A stretch of DNA of 63,907 bases, filler included, from Octopus bimaculoides (GCF_001194135.2; 7 parts of 6 records of this genome joined end to end with filler, not necessarily neighbours in it), one strand, 5' to 3'; positions 1 to 11,807 are shown, numbered from the whole stretch's first letter. Made by a program: numbers and translations. Notes: generated from the sequence alone by a model not told the origin.

Positions 1-1202
1 AAAAAAAAAAAAAAAAAAAAAAAGTTACTTAAGACAGGCTTCTTCGAAATTAAAAAATAAATATTTGTACGTATGTTTTACAAGGGATTATTGAAAATAT
101 TTAATCTTTTTCTATTATTTCATCTGTGTTAAGAGTTAAATCAACAAACATCTATTTCCTATTTTTTACACTTAAATAATGTAACCATAAAAAAAAAATT
201 AATTATAAAAAAATTGCTTCGACAATAACTACTTACTGCATATTTCGTGAGCTCATAAAACACTTGGAAATTGAATTTGCGTTATTCACCAGGGGGTTAT
301 AAGACATTAACAAAATAGTCTACCCAAACTTAATAACTTTATACTCACGTATTTGCATTATTACATCTGTAAATAGCCAATCAGATTGAAGATAATTTGA
401 AATACTACTCCACTCCTAATTTCACAGATCAGATTTTATTTTAAAACTTTAAGAGAACACGAAGGAACGAGGTTCGAACTAGTACGTTGGCACTAATCAA
501 TCGGTACAGTTTCAAATACAATTTGTTGTGTTGTATAAGCAACCAACAATTGGAAACCTCTGACCTAGAGCAGATATGGAATATCTAGACGTAGATTATA
601 GTTATAAAATGTTTCCAGTCCTTTTCATACGACGAGAGGAAAATAATTAAAATTTTTAATCACCATCTGTTCTGTTAATTTATATTTATACAAGTATAAT
701 GCTGATTTTCTGGCACCCTTGGTTCTAGTTCTATACCGGATTATCCAGTTTGCTGCAAGATTTAAATGTAAGAAAAATTAGACTAGGAATTTCTACAAAT
801 CATCAATCAAATATTAAGATGAATACAAAAGGATACCTTACCTCCTCTTGTCGCCTGACATATAACGGGAAATTCAACTGAGCTATCATACTTATGAAAA
901 AGATTAAAAGAAGCATAGAATAACCAGTTACCAGTTAAAAAACGATTGGATTTATTTTCCACTTATTATCTGGCGCCATCTATATAAACGTGCTCAAAAA
1001 CAGAAAACTTTACACGAAGAGTTCCAACGAAAAAATATTTCTTCACTATGCCACAGGTAAATAATTGAATTTTTATCCCTGACGAAGAACAGATCGAACT
1101 ATATGAAATATTATATTATGACATACATATGAAAGAAATTGTTGTATACAGTGTTCAGGTGCACAGCAACTAAAAAAAGAAGAAAAAAAACGAAAAACTC
1201 AT

Positions 1203-3620
1203 CAGGTGTACTGTTGACGGATTTCAGGAAGCATGGAAGTTTTGAAGAATGTAGTGTTTCGACAGCTAATGACTGATGCGGGTAGTTTATTCCATGCTTC
1301 AACAATTTTGAGCGTGAAAAGATGTTTCTAAAAGTCATGGGTGCTGTGTTGTTTTTTGATTTTGTGAGCATGTCCACGAGTGTTTGACATACGGAATTCA
1401 AAAAGGTGACCAAGGCTGCTGTAGGAAAGATGGTGTATAATCTTGTGGGTGCCTACCAAGTCAGTTGCCAGACGTCTGAGTTTCAATGTGTCCATGCCCA
1501 GGGAAACAAGACGTTCAGAATATGGTAGATGCTTGACGGCTGGTGTTCGTTTTGTAGTACGTTTCTGAACAATTTCCAGGAGATTTATATGCAGAGCAAG
1601 ATAGGGGTTCCAGACTGGTAATGCAAATTCCAAGTGTGGACGTACCATTGTCATATAGTTTTAAATAGATAACTGGCGTGTGGCTGACAAAGGTCTTACT
1701 GAATGATGCTAGGACACCCTCAGCCTTCTTGACAATCTTAGAGATGCGGTTAGTCCAACGCAGATCGCTTCATAATAGATAATACTCAGATCACGTTCAC
1801 TAGAAGACTTCTTGAGATTGGTGTTGCTGAGGAAGTATGTAAAGGCTGGGTTTTTCCTCCTAAAGTGCATGGTGACGCACTTGTCCACAGCTAACTTGAG
1901 TTGCCAGTCAGAGACCCATTGCAGCATTGTGTCCGGGTCTGATTGCAGGTAAGATCTATAGCGCATACGATCTGTTCTTTTTATTTCGAGGTACAGTTTG
2001 ATGTCATCTGCATATTTCAACACTGTAACATTCCTCAAGTTGGTATCTATGTCATTAATATATGCAACAAACAGTAGGATTCCACGAACGGATCCCTGTA
2101 GTACACCAGATGTCATCTCGTAGGGTGAAGAATGATATCCTAAAACCATAGCCACCTCTTTCCTATCGAGAATGAAGGACTTCAGCCAGTAATAGAGATC
2201 ATCTTTCACACCCATAGCAGATGGTTTTTGCCATGAGTAGTTTGTGTGGCACAGAATTGAAGGCTTTAGCAAAGTCAAGGTAGATAACATCCACCCATGA
2301 GCCGCCATCAGTAACTCGGGTGAGTTACCTACAGCAACTGGAGTTAAGGATAAATACAAATTGTGAGGACTGAATACGGCTGTGAGAGCTCCAAAAGTTC
2401 CAGAGTGGTTCTCTGACACAGGACTTCATCAGTTTGACCATGCAGCTAGTAAGGTTGACTGGACGGTAATTTACAGGTGATGTGCGATCACTTTTTTGAA
2501 CAAGGGAACGACACTGGCAACTTTCCAGTGCTCTGGAGTGACACAGTTGTTAAGGCAGAACTGAAGGACGAATGAAAGCTGGTGCAAAAGAAAGAACCCG
2601 CCACGTTTGAGAAGCAAGTAAGTAACACCATCAAGACCAGGAGAGAGACATAGTTGCGCTTATTCTTGAGGTGGCGTCGCAGCATTGCGGGTGTGAATTT
2701 CACAGCTGTTATGGAATCTGATGTCAGAGTTGGTGAAGAAGGTACATTGGGATTTTCAACAGTGAAAATGCTAGCATAGCATCCAGCAATAAACTCAGCA
2801 CATTCCTTGGGGTAATTAGTGATCCGATCTGTGTGGGGATAGTAAAGAGGGCCAACTGGAGAGTGAGGTCTCTGCTTCGAACGTACATATTTCCGGACCA
2901 CTTTGTTGTCAGTGCTGGTTGCTATATTTTGTTCCAACTCAATTATTTTTATTTTTTATTATGCGCCCTTTTTTAAAGCCTAGCCAGGCTCATGGGTCCG
3001 GTTTCCCGGTTTCTATGGCGTATGTGTTCCCCCTCCTACCTGCTGGACGGGACGCCAGTTCATCGCAGCGTTACTCAAGAAACAGGAAGAAAGAGTGAGA
3101 GAAAGTTGGGGCGATAGAGTACAACAGGGGTCGCCACCACTCCCTGCCGGAGCCTCGTGGAGCTTTAGGTGTTTTCGCTTAATAAACACACATAACGCTC
3201 GGCCCGAGAATCGAAACCGCGATCCTCCGACCGCTAGTCCGCTGCTCTTTCCAACTCAAGCACCACCTTTTTTGTTACTTACTTGAGATGGTTGGATGAT
3301 CTGTTGCTTCTTCTATTCTCATCTGTTCTATGCTGTCTGTATTTCTGTTCAGCACCACGACGATCTTTCCTGGCAAGTCGAACTGCTGCAGTCTTCCAAA
3401 TTGCACTTTTTTAATTTTTAGAGCGTTCGCGCAGTACCGATGCTTCACTTGCAACCCAGATTGCACTTAGGATATTTAGAAGAACAGTATTGACATCCAT
3501 GGAATCGTTAAATTCAAACCAGTTTGGATGTTGTAACTCATCAGGGCAACAGTTCTAGTCTACTTTGTTCCAGTCAAAGCGAGTGTTTTGGAAGTGGTGG
3601 TGCTTCTTGTTTCTGCCTAT
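1203..3620 (-). pseudogene. CR1/L2-group LINE ORF2 remnant (linker, reverse transcriptase and C-terminus), frameshifted, with stops, interrupted by a SINE at 2943-3259
   Basis: Minus-strand translations give RT motifs GVLQGSVRGILLFVAYIND and KYADDIKLY (ORF 1709-2419), VRPHLEFALPVWNPY...LEIVQKRTTK...YSERLVSLGMDTLKLRR (1328-1654), a C-terminal IVEAWNKLP (about 1270-1300), and upstream FDWNKVD...WFEFNDSMDVN (about 3490-3590). These are typical CR1-type ORF2 segments. Confidence 0.9.
2943..3248 (-). mobile_element. tRNA-derived SINE, 5'-truncated by about 20 nt, with 11-bp TSD
   Basis: Shares head and body with the 5306-5698 copy, has a B-box-like GGTTTCGATTC on the minus strand and an A-rich tail. 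TTCCAACTCAA is duplicated at 2932-2942 and 3249-3259. Confidence 0.85.
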
Positions 3621-3910
3621 AAGAGACAGATTGGCAATGATTATTCACTACTCTCTTTGAATATATAATAATTTCCTACCGAGGCACAACGCGCCTTACT
3701 GAAAGCAGAAAATTGTTTCAGTCAACTGAATTTATTTCAGTTTATTGCTGGGAGTTTATCATATCAGATGATAGTTGTTTATGCCCAGGGTCTGCTTCGA
3801 ACGTGGAAGCCAATGATCAAAAGTGTTGTGATCGTGGCAATCTTGTCTTTTCTTTTTGTTTTCTTTTTTGTATACCAAGAATCATGTTGTCCGATGTGTA
3901 CTGAAACTAC

Positions 3911-4106
3911 CTCCCGCCATTAGATACAAACTACTATCGCCATTACATACAATCTTCTCATTTAAATATAAATAAATGCGAGCGTAGTAGAGAACCCATT
4001 CCTTGTCCATCACGTGACTGATCATTATTCGAATCGGCAACTTCTTCGAACCTTTCCCGCCAGAACGCAAACTGACCAATCACGGCCCCTAATAAGGTCA
4101 CGTGAT
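3911..4106 (-). promoter_or_regulatory. Promoter-like motif cluster (2 E-boxes, CCAAT, E2F-like, YY1-like, TATA-like)
   Basis: CACGTG at 4011-4016 and 4099-4104 (both in TCACGTGA context), TTTCCCGCC 4053-4061, CCAAT 4076-4080, CCGCCATT about 3914-3921, minus-strand TATTTATA about 3967-3974. Motif evidence only. Confidence 0.35.
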
Positions 4107-5305
4107 AGAGTAAAATTCTAAAGGCATTTGGAGCCCTCTTAACGCTATATATAGATCAACTCATACCCAATAATTTGTCTCGGTCCAGTTTCTCTTTGAG
4201 AACTGTTCCGTGTACCACNNNNNNNNNNNNNNNNNNNNNNNNNNNNNNNNNNNNNNNNNNNNNNNNNNNNNNNNNNNNNNNNNNNNNNNNNNNNNNNNNN
4301 NNNNNNNNNNNNNNNNNNNNNNNNNNNNNNNNNNNNNNNNNNNNNNNNNNNNNNNNNNNNNNNNNNNNNNNNNNNNNNNNNNNNNNNNNNNNNNNNNNNN
4401 NNNNNNNNNNNNNNNNNNNNNNNNNNNNNNNNNNNNNNNNNNNNNNNNNNNNNNNNNNNNNNNNNNNNNNNNNNNNNNNNNNNNNNNNNNNNNNNNNNNN
4501 NNNNNNNNNNNNNNNNNNNNNNNNNNNNNNNNNNNNNNNNNNNNNNNNNNNNNNNNNNNNNNNNNNNNNNNNNNNNNNNNNNNNNNNNNNNNNNNNNNNN
4601 NNNNNNNNNNNNNNNNNNNNNNNNNNNNNNNNNNNNNNNNNNNNNNNNNNNNNNNNNNNNNNNNNNNNNNNNNNNNNNNNNNNNNNNNNNNNNNNNNNNN
4701 NNNNNNNNNNNNNNNNNNNNNNNNNNNNNNNNNNNNNNNNNNNNNNNNNNNNNNNNNNNNNNNNNNNNNNNNNNNNNNNNNNNNNNNNNNNNNNNNNNNN
4801 NNNNNNNNNNNNNNNNNNNNNNNNNNNNNNNNNNNNNNNNNNNNNNCACACATGTATCACTCACATACACACTTTTCTTTGTATGACGGCCTGTCTTTGA
4901 TTATGTTCTTATATGTCGCATTCACACTCTCACACAGACATACATCTTTAACGCTACAATAAATATCTCTGTTATTCATCTAATACGGTTGTGGTCTTTC
5001 ATTACTGGTCATCTATGTTATCGTCGTATAACATATCATCTATATCATCATCGATATATAATTGTGTGTTCGGCCGTGTGACACGTTTAAATAAAAGGAG
5101 TCCTCTGTTTTTCCATTCGTCACCATATCTCCTTTTTTGAGTTCGCACGGTCGTCACTTACAGATGTATCAGACAGAAGTGGGTAATTTGAGAGAGATTT
5201 GACTGGTATATTTCTCTGAAGAGGGTGTTTGAAGAGATGTGACTGCTATTTCTTGCATGGTGTGCGAAAGTCTAAAGGTTCTTCTTATCAGGTCGTACCA
5301 AACCA

Positions 5306-5698
5306 GATTGTTGTTGTTGTTGGCACTCCGTCGCTTACGACGTCGAGGATTCCAGCTGATCCGATCAACGGAACAGCCTGCTCGTGAAATTAACGTGCAA
5401 GTGGCTGAGCACTTCACAGACACGTGTACCCTTAACGTAGTTCTCGGGGATATTCAGCGTGACACAGTGTGACAAGGCTGGCCCTTTGAATTACAGGTAC
5501 AATAGAAACCGGAAGAAAGAGTGAGAGAAAGTCGTGGTGAAAGAGTACAGCAGGGTTCGCCACCAACCCCTGCCGGAGCCTCGTGAAGCTTTATGTGTTT
5601 TCGCTCAATAAACACTCACAACGCCCGGTCTGGGAATCGAAACCGCGATCCTATGACCGCGAGTTCGCTGTCCAAACCACTGGGCCATTGCGCCTCCT
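5306..5698 (-). mobile_element. Full-length tRNA-derived SINE with (CAA)n tail and 11-bp TSD
   Basis: Minus strand starts GGAGGCGCAATGGCCCAGTGGTT (A box) ... GGTTTCGATTCCC (B box) and ends in AACAACAACAAC. GTACCAAACCA is duplicated at 5295-5305 and 5699-5709. Confidence 0.9.
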
Positions 5699-6974
5699 GT
5701 ACCAAACCACGAAGATAATAAAATACCAGGTAATATTCCGCTGGAATAGCAAATCAGAAAACGACCAGAAAGACACTAAATATAGATACTGGAAATCGGA
5801 GTTGAACCATGAATTTCTTTCACGAGGAGTCGGCGGTTGAATGAATAATAATGAATTTTGTTTTGACTGGTGATGTATTTTAATGTATCAGACAACAGCA
5901 AAATATCAAAGGAGTAAAATTAGAGAAAGTCACAGAAAACTTCACTAAACGAGTCATTTGATAAAAATTTGTTTCATTGAGGATACTGAATAAGATGTAA
6001 TATTTTTCCTTAATACGTCTAACATCATTACATAAATTACTTGGTACCACTTTGGCATGTGATCTACAACTTAAAAGGCGATTACTTTAGGCTACGTTTT
6101 AATTTATTTTTCAATTTCGAAAAACCCTTAAGATGTTGGCTAAAGATTTTTACAATGTGACCAACGACGAGACGAAGGCAGTTGCATTTTAACGAAGAAA
6201 TGGCTTTTAGATGATGACGAAAATGTTGCGCCATATCATCGTTGTGATGGGAAAATGAAAGAAGCTCGAAGAAAAGGGGAAAACGGTTCAATTTTGCCAA
6301 CTTACGGAAATGGATTTTTTTCTATTATACTGATTTAAATAATAAAATCTATTGCAAACTTTCTCTTATAATAAGGTACATCAGTTAACTGGAAGAGGTA
6401 CCGAATGAATATTTCACAGTTTTTCCTTTAGAAATTGAGAAGTAAACTAAAAAGTAACCTAAAGTAATCACCCATTAAGTTGTAGACGCTACACGAAAGT
6501 AGCACCAATTTCTTTATTATCCTACACAAGCCATGTAGTGTTAGATAATAGGTGGTTTTTAATGTTTGATTAATTACATTTACTATTATTTATGGTTATT
6601 TAAACGGAATATGACAATTTTTCTTGTGATTTTATTTCCGTAAATTTTTATTGATTCCTGCAACATAGGATGAAAAGCAAAACGACAAAGATCTAGAAGT
6701 GATTCAAATTCAGAAAACTATAACAGAAACATGGTCGTCAAAATAAGAAGTACAATTCACGCTCATGTATTAATTCCATTATGCAGCACATTCAAGATAA
6801 GTAGAAAGAAGCATGTTCTTCTGTAGCCTCATGTCGACCTAAGCCTTGCGAGGGAAAAATCAGTGGAAAACAGGTAATCCATCACTAAATTTAATACCAC
6901 AACCTTGTCCTTGGAGTTTCTATTGCAAGTCTTCGGAGCTGGTCTTTAGCTTCTACTTCAACTTCTCTCACCAG

Positions 6975-7303
6975 TCACTGAAGCTATTTAAAGCCCGTCG
7001 TATATATATATATCTATGTGCGTGTCTGTCTTTGTCTACTAGCACTTGACAACCGCTGTTGGTTTCCTTTTTGTCCTCGTAATTTAGAAGTTCGGCAACG
7101 AAGAACGATAGAGTTAGTACTAGACTTGGTAAATTTTCAGATTAACACCCGCACGATTTTCACTAGGGTGTTAGGGTTTAGGGTTAAGGTTAGTGAAAAT
7201 CGTGCTGGTGTTAATCTGAAAATTTACCCTAGACTTCGACTAAACCCTTCGTGGTGGTGCCCCAGCATGGCCGCAGTACAATAACTAAAACAAGTAAAAG
7301 ATA
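6975..7303 (+). mobile_element. 3' half of CORE-like (OR-type) SINE, interrupted by hairpin MITE
   Basis: Matches the 43298-43925 copy (cttgacaaccg...tagtactagactt...ggtgccccagcatggccgcag...aaacaagtaaaaga). Confidence 0.8.
7128..7228. mobile_element. 101-bp hairpin MITE with telomere-like loop, 8-bp TSD (Merlin-like ends)
   Basis: 38-bp inverted arms 7128-7165 and 7191-7228 (37/38 identical), loop GGGTGTTAGGGTTTAGGGTTAAGGT. CTAGACTT is duplicated at 7120-7127 and 7229-7236. Termini GG...CC. Confidence 0.85.
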
Positions 7304-9481
7304 AACGATTAGATAACGATAGGATCGAAACGAAAATATTTCAATACGTAGTTTCAATTTAATCATTGTTGATCTTTTAAGACTGAATCTTCCGATCCCT
7401 ACAAGACAAAAAAAAAAGAAAGAAAAAAATCAAAGAAGGAAGAAACTTCAATTGAAATCTTAATAACAAATCATTTAGAAGCATAAAAAAAAATAAAAAT
7501 ATTTATTTATTTAAACAGAATATTCTACCCCAAACTTCTTTCATGCACAACCCTCTTCCACCAAAAATAACTCTCAGCATCACGAGAATTATTTTTATTT
7601 ATTGTATCCTATTTCCCTAAGTGTTCTCGTTATATTCTTGTCGGATCTTTTTGGTTTGACGGGCAACATTTTTCATTAATGTTTCATGTAGTGTTTTTGG
7701 TACCGAAACACTTTCAAACTTCGTATACTTGTATATTTTGTATTGGAGAACCTAAGGAATTATCTAAAAAAAAAAAAAAGCCATTAAAAAAATTAAAAAA
7801 TTTTATCGTGCAATTTTACAATTTTATGGTGTTTTCTGGCGGGTAAAAAAAAAAGTATTGAAATTAATTTTTTAATTGTGTTTTTCTTCCAAATAATATT
7901 GCACTTTGTCAATGAAAGTTTTAGTTAAACGAGCTGGACATTCTATGAGCATTAGTGTACGCACACATGACTATATATATATATATATATATATAATGTG
8001 TATGTATGTGTGTGTGTATGTGAGCCTGTGTGTGTCATTATAGATGTATATGTATGAGGGTAAATGTAGACGCGCGCGCGCGTACTTAAATGTATGCGTA
8101 TGTTTGCTGGAGGACTTTATGTCGGTATTAAAAAAAATATTTTTTCCCTTTTTTTCCTTTTCTTCATTTTCAATATGAAAATAGATTTTCTTAAAAGCTA
8201 CTTCTATCTATCTATCTATCTATCTATCGACGGATTACCTCTAAACCTTACTCTAATCCATGTTTGCAATGATATACCTGCTTATGTGTGCGTATGAATT
8301 TATCCTGCCTCTCTTTCTCCCTCCATTTTATCTCTCTCTTTTTTTTAAAACTCGCTTTACTCCTCTCACTTTATTTCATTTGTTTATTCACTTACTCAAT
8401 GACGAAGTTAAAAAATTAAATAAAAAAAGAATAAAATAAAGGGTTTATATTCTCTTTCCTAGTAACGTGACTTAGCAGTATCGTTTTCCTCACTCAGCAT
8501 ATACAGTCATCAGCATTTTAGCTGTCGCCACTATTTCGTTGTTAGATCATACATGCGTTAATGTCAATGGTTATTAACCAGAGCGATAATTAATTTCTTA
8601 TTAGTGGTACTATTCATTAATGAATAGTGACACTATTTATTACTTCCTGCAGAAGTATTTCATATATTTCTCGTAAAAGTGTTCTTCAATTAATATAATT
8701 TCATATCTAATGATTTTGACACGTTATAATTTGCAATCCCAATTAATCTCGCATAACTTTCTTGTAATGAGGCATTCAACGCTTCGTTTCTCCCCCAGGA
8801 CTTATCATCTCCCAAAGGAGGTAAAAAGCAATCTTGTGTAGGCGCAAATCCTACCCGAGGTCAACTTCGCCGTTTAGTCGTTCCATGACGATAAAATAAA
8901 GTTCTATTATCTATGACAGTGTATAAGACTGGTTATTTTATTTTTTTAAATGTAACAACAATTGCTATGCGTCTAATGCGACCGTTCTTCAATTAATATA
9001 ATTTTCGAGGGGTTTTAATGAAAGTTTTTTCCTTCTCCTCTCATATTTCTTCATTGTTCACTAATCCCGTTCATATCTTTCACTTCACCTCTTACCTCAG
9101 TTTCTTTATCTCTTTTCCTTTCTCTCGCACGTAATTTCCTGTCCATGCTTGAAGCTCACGAAGTTTTGCGTTCCTCATCAGTTGCAGCTAATTTCTCGAA
9201 TGTAGACGATGTAGAAATGCCGTCACACGATTTCTAGCACGTTAGAGTCAGGAGACAGGCACTTAACCGATAGTATCACTGCTAGAGAAATTTCGGCTAA
9301 AATAAAAAGTAACTCTTACAACTCGGCGACTACATGAGAAAACAAATATACCACTGCGACGTAACAAATCTCTGCTATTTCATCATCCGACTTGGAAAGA
9401 TCTTGCCTATCAACATGAAAAGTTCGAACAACACAAATAATACGTTACAGTTTTGAGTAAACAAGACTGGAACACGTCAGT

Positions 9482-9555
9482 TAGAACGGGCATGGGCAAC
9501 CTTTTCGAGAAGTGGGCCGTATGAGACATGGATAATCAGGTGGGCCGTACTGTTA
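9482..9555 (+). mobile_element. hAT-like terminal fragment
   Basis: TAGAACGGGCATGGGCAACCTTTT resembles hAT/Charlie left termini (CAGGGGTGGGCAACC). No partner end found. Confidence 0.4.
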
Positions 9556-9749
9556 AAAAAAAAAAAAAGAAGCAAAATCGAGGTAATTTTTCTTTAAGCG
9601 TGTTGTTCAGAAAGCTTCGCAGTTTGTAGTTTTCTCCATGATTAACTTAAAGCATCTATTCCCACGTTGTCAACGTGAAGTTGTTACCATTGGAGACTAG
9701 ACACAGCAACACTACTTGGATGGGAAGAGTCATCTTCGGAAATTCGTTT

Positions 9750-10456
9750 TAGGAAAAAGAAAAAGACAATCAGCTAGCATTCCTGGACGTATTAATAACA
9801 CGCACCAAGTATGGATTCAGGACATCAGTATACCGCAAACCGACCTTCACTGGACGATACCTCAACTGCAATTCCCACCATCCATATAGTGTAAAGCGAG
9901 GGATTGCTCAGTGCCGAAAACATCGAGCAAGTAGCGATCGTGATACCCACCACGAAGAAATGATCAAGCTCAGTAACAATCTATTAAGCAACAACTACCC
10001 CAAAAACATACTATCCAATTATGAAGAGAGAGGATGAAACCAATAAACTGTCCACAGTCTGTCTACCCTATGTGAAAGGCCTCTCCGAAAAGATACAAAA
10101 GATATGCGGTCCATATGACATCAGGACAGTATTCAAGAGTAATACAACACTTCGCAAATATCTCCTTCGAGTAAAACTACCAGTAGAAGAGAATATGACC
10201 AAAAACTGTGTGTACGCCATCCCATGCAGCTGTGGTAGGTTATACAAAGGCGAAACATGTTGTCCCCTCAAAATAAGGGTAAAGGAACATCGCAAAGCTG
10301 TGACACGAGGAGATATTGATAAATCGGGTATAGCTGATCATGTATGGAAAAATGGAGACCACCTCCCTCTGTGGGATGAAGTTAAAATAATAGATAGAGA
10401 ACACCAATGGAAAATATGAAAACTAAAAGAAGCAGCACATATGCTAGGACACAACA
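9750..10456 (+). pseudogene. Penelope-like element (PLE): RT thumb and GIY-YIG endonuclease, 5'-truncated, runs into gap
   Basis: Translation NQLAFLDVLITR...TSVYRKPTFTGRYLNCNSHHP, then (frameshift) LPYVKGLSEKIQK...CVYAIPCSCGRLYKGETCCPLKIRVKEH (ORF 10021-10419). These are PLE RT and GIY-YIG signatures. Confidence 0.92.
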
Positions 10457-11375
10457 NNNNNNNNNNNNNNNNNNNNNNNNNNNNNNNNNNNNNNNNNNNN
10501 NNNNNNNNNNNNNNNNNNNNNNNNNNNNNNNNNNNNNNNNNNNNNNNNNNNNNNNNNNNNNNNNNNNNNNNNNNNNNNNNNNNNNNNNNNNNNNNNNNNN
10601 NNNNNNNNNNNNNNNNNNNNNNNNNNNNNNNNNNNNNNNNNNNNNNNNNNNNNNNNNNNNNNNNNNNNNNNNNNNNNNNNNNNNNNNNNNNNNNNNNNNN
10701 NNNNNNNNNNNNNNNNNNNNNNNNNNNNNNNNNNNNNNNNNNNNNNNNNNNNNNNNNNNNNNNNNNNNNNNNNNNNNNNNNNNNNNNNNNNNNNNNNNNN
10801 NNNNNNNNNNNNNNNNNNNNNNNNNNNNNNNNNNNNNNNNNNNNNNNNNNNNNNNNNNNNNNNNNNNNNNNNNNNNNNNNNNNNNNNNNNNNNNNNNNNN
10901 NNNNNNNNNNNNNNNNNNNNNNNNNNNNNNNNNNNNNNNNNNNNNNNNNNNNNNNNNNNNNNNNNNNNNNNNNNNNNNNNNNNNNNNNNNNNNNNNNNNN
11001 NNNNNNNNNNNNNNNNNNNNNNNNNNNNNNNNNNNNNNNNNNNNNNNNNNNNNNNNNNNNNNNNNNNNNNNNNNNNNNNNNNNNNNNNNNNNNNNNNNNN
11101 NNNNNNNNNNNNNNNNNNNNNNNNNNNNNNNNNNNNNNNNNNNNNNNNNNNNNNNNNNNNNNNNNNNNNNNNNNNNNNNNNNNNNNNNNNNNNNNNNNNN
11201 NNNNNNNNNNNNNNNNNNNNNNNNNNNNNNNNNNNNNNNNNNNNNNNNNNNNNNNNNNNNNNNNNNNNNNNNNNNNNNNNNNNNNNNNNNNNNNNNNNNN
11301 NNNNNNNNNNNNNNNNNNNNNNNNNNNNNNNNNNNNNNNNNNNNNNNNNNNNNNNNNNNNNNNNNNNNNNNNNNG

Positions 11376-11610
11376 ACGCCTTTAGCTAGGCCGAAGCGGT
11401 GTCTCCACCACTTGACCCTTTCTGACCTCTTCTACTCCATCCAGATAAACAAGACCGCCAGCTAAATCCTTTGCACTCACTACCCTGCTTGATAGCTATA
11501 AAAACAGGAGACCTCCAAGCAAACTTCCTCTTTTTAGCTACCAGTGGTCACTTGACGACTCATGGAGAACGAAGCCTGGCTGACCAGCTACAACCTTGGC
11601 CAGAGGGAGA
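11376..11610 (+). mobile_element. Probable PLE 3' region / pseudo-LTR
   Basis: Directly follows the gap after the PLE ORF. Contains CTATAAAA (about 11497) and a hammerhead-like fold (11545-11586). Continuity across the gap is inferred. Confidence 0.45.
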
Positions 11611-11614
11611 AAGA

Positions 11615-11778
11615 TATAGGAATCTTGCAGGCGTGAAGTGAATTCGATCCACAAATTTGAATTAACACTGCGTCAGAACTTTTCCCGCGGTGAAACAACG
11701 GTTTTGATCTGACGCAGTGTTAATTCAAATTTGTGGCATAGTGGATCGAATCCACCTCGCGCCTGCAAGATTCCTATA
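11615..11778. mobile_element. Palindromic MITE (about 160 bp) flanked by TA/TATA
   Basis: Left arm TATAGGAATCTTGCAGGCG...AATTTGAATTAACACTGCGTCAGA pairs with right arm TCTGACGCAGTGTTAATTCAAATT...CGCCTGCAAGATTCCTATA. One arm has an 8-nt indel; spacer about 30 nt. Confidence 0.8.
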
Positions 11779-11807
11779 TATGTATTGTTTAAGCTGCAAA
11801 ATACATA

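Noticed and set aside
840-852. 13-nt minus-strand micro-exon (cag|GCGACAAGAGGAG|gtaagg)
   Set aside because: Splice-like motifs of this quality occur by chance in 64 kb; not frame-preserving and unsupported.
5880-5960. Possible second CR1 fragment (KLEKVTENFTKR)
   Set aside because: Only a 12-aa resemblance; too weak to call.
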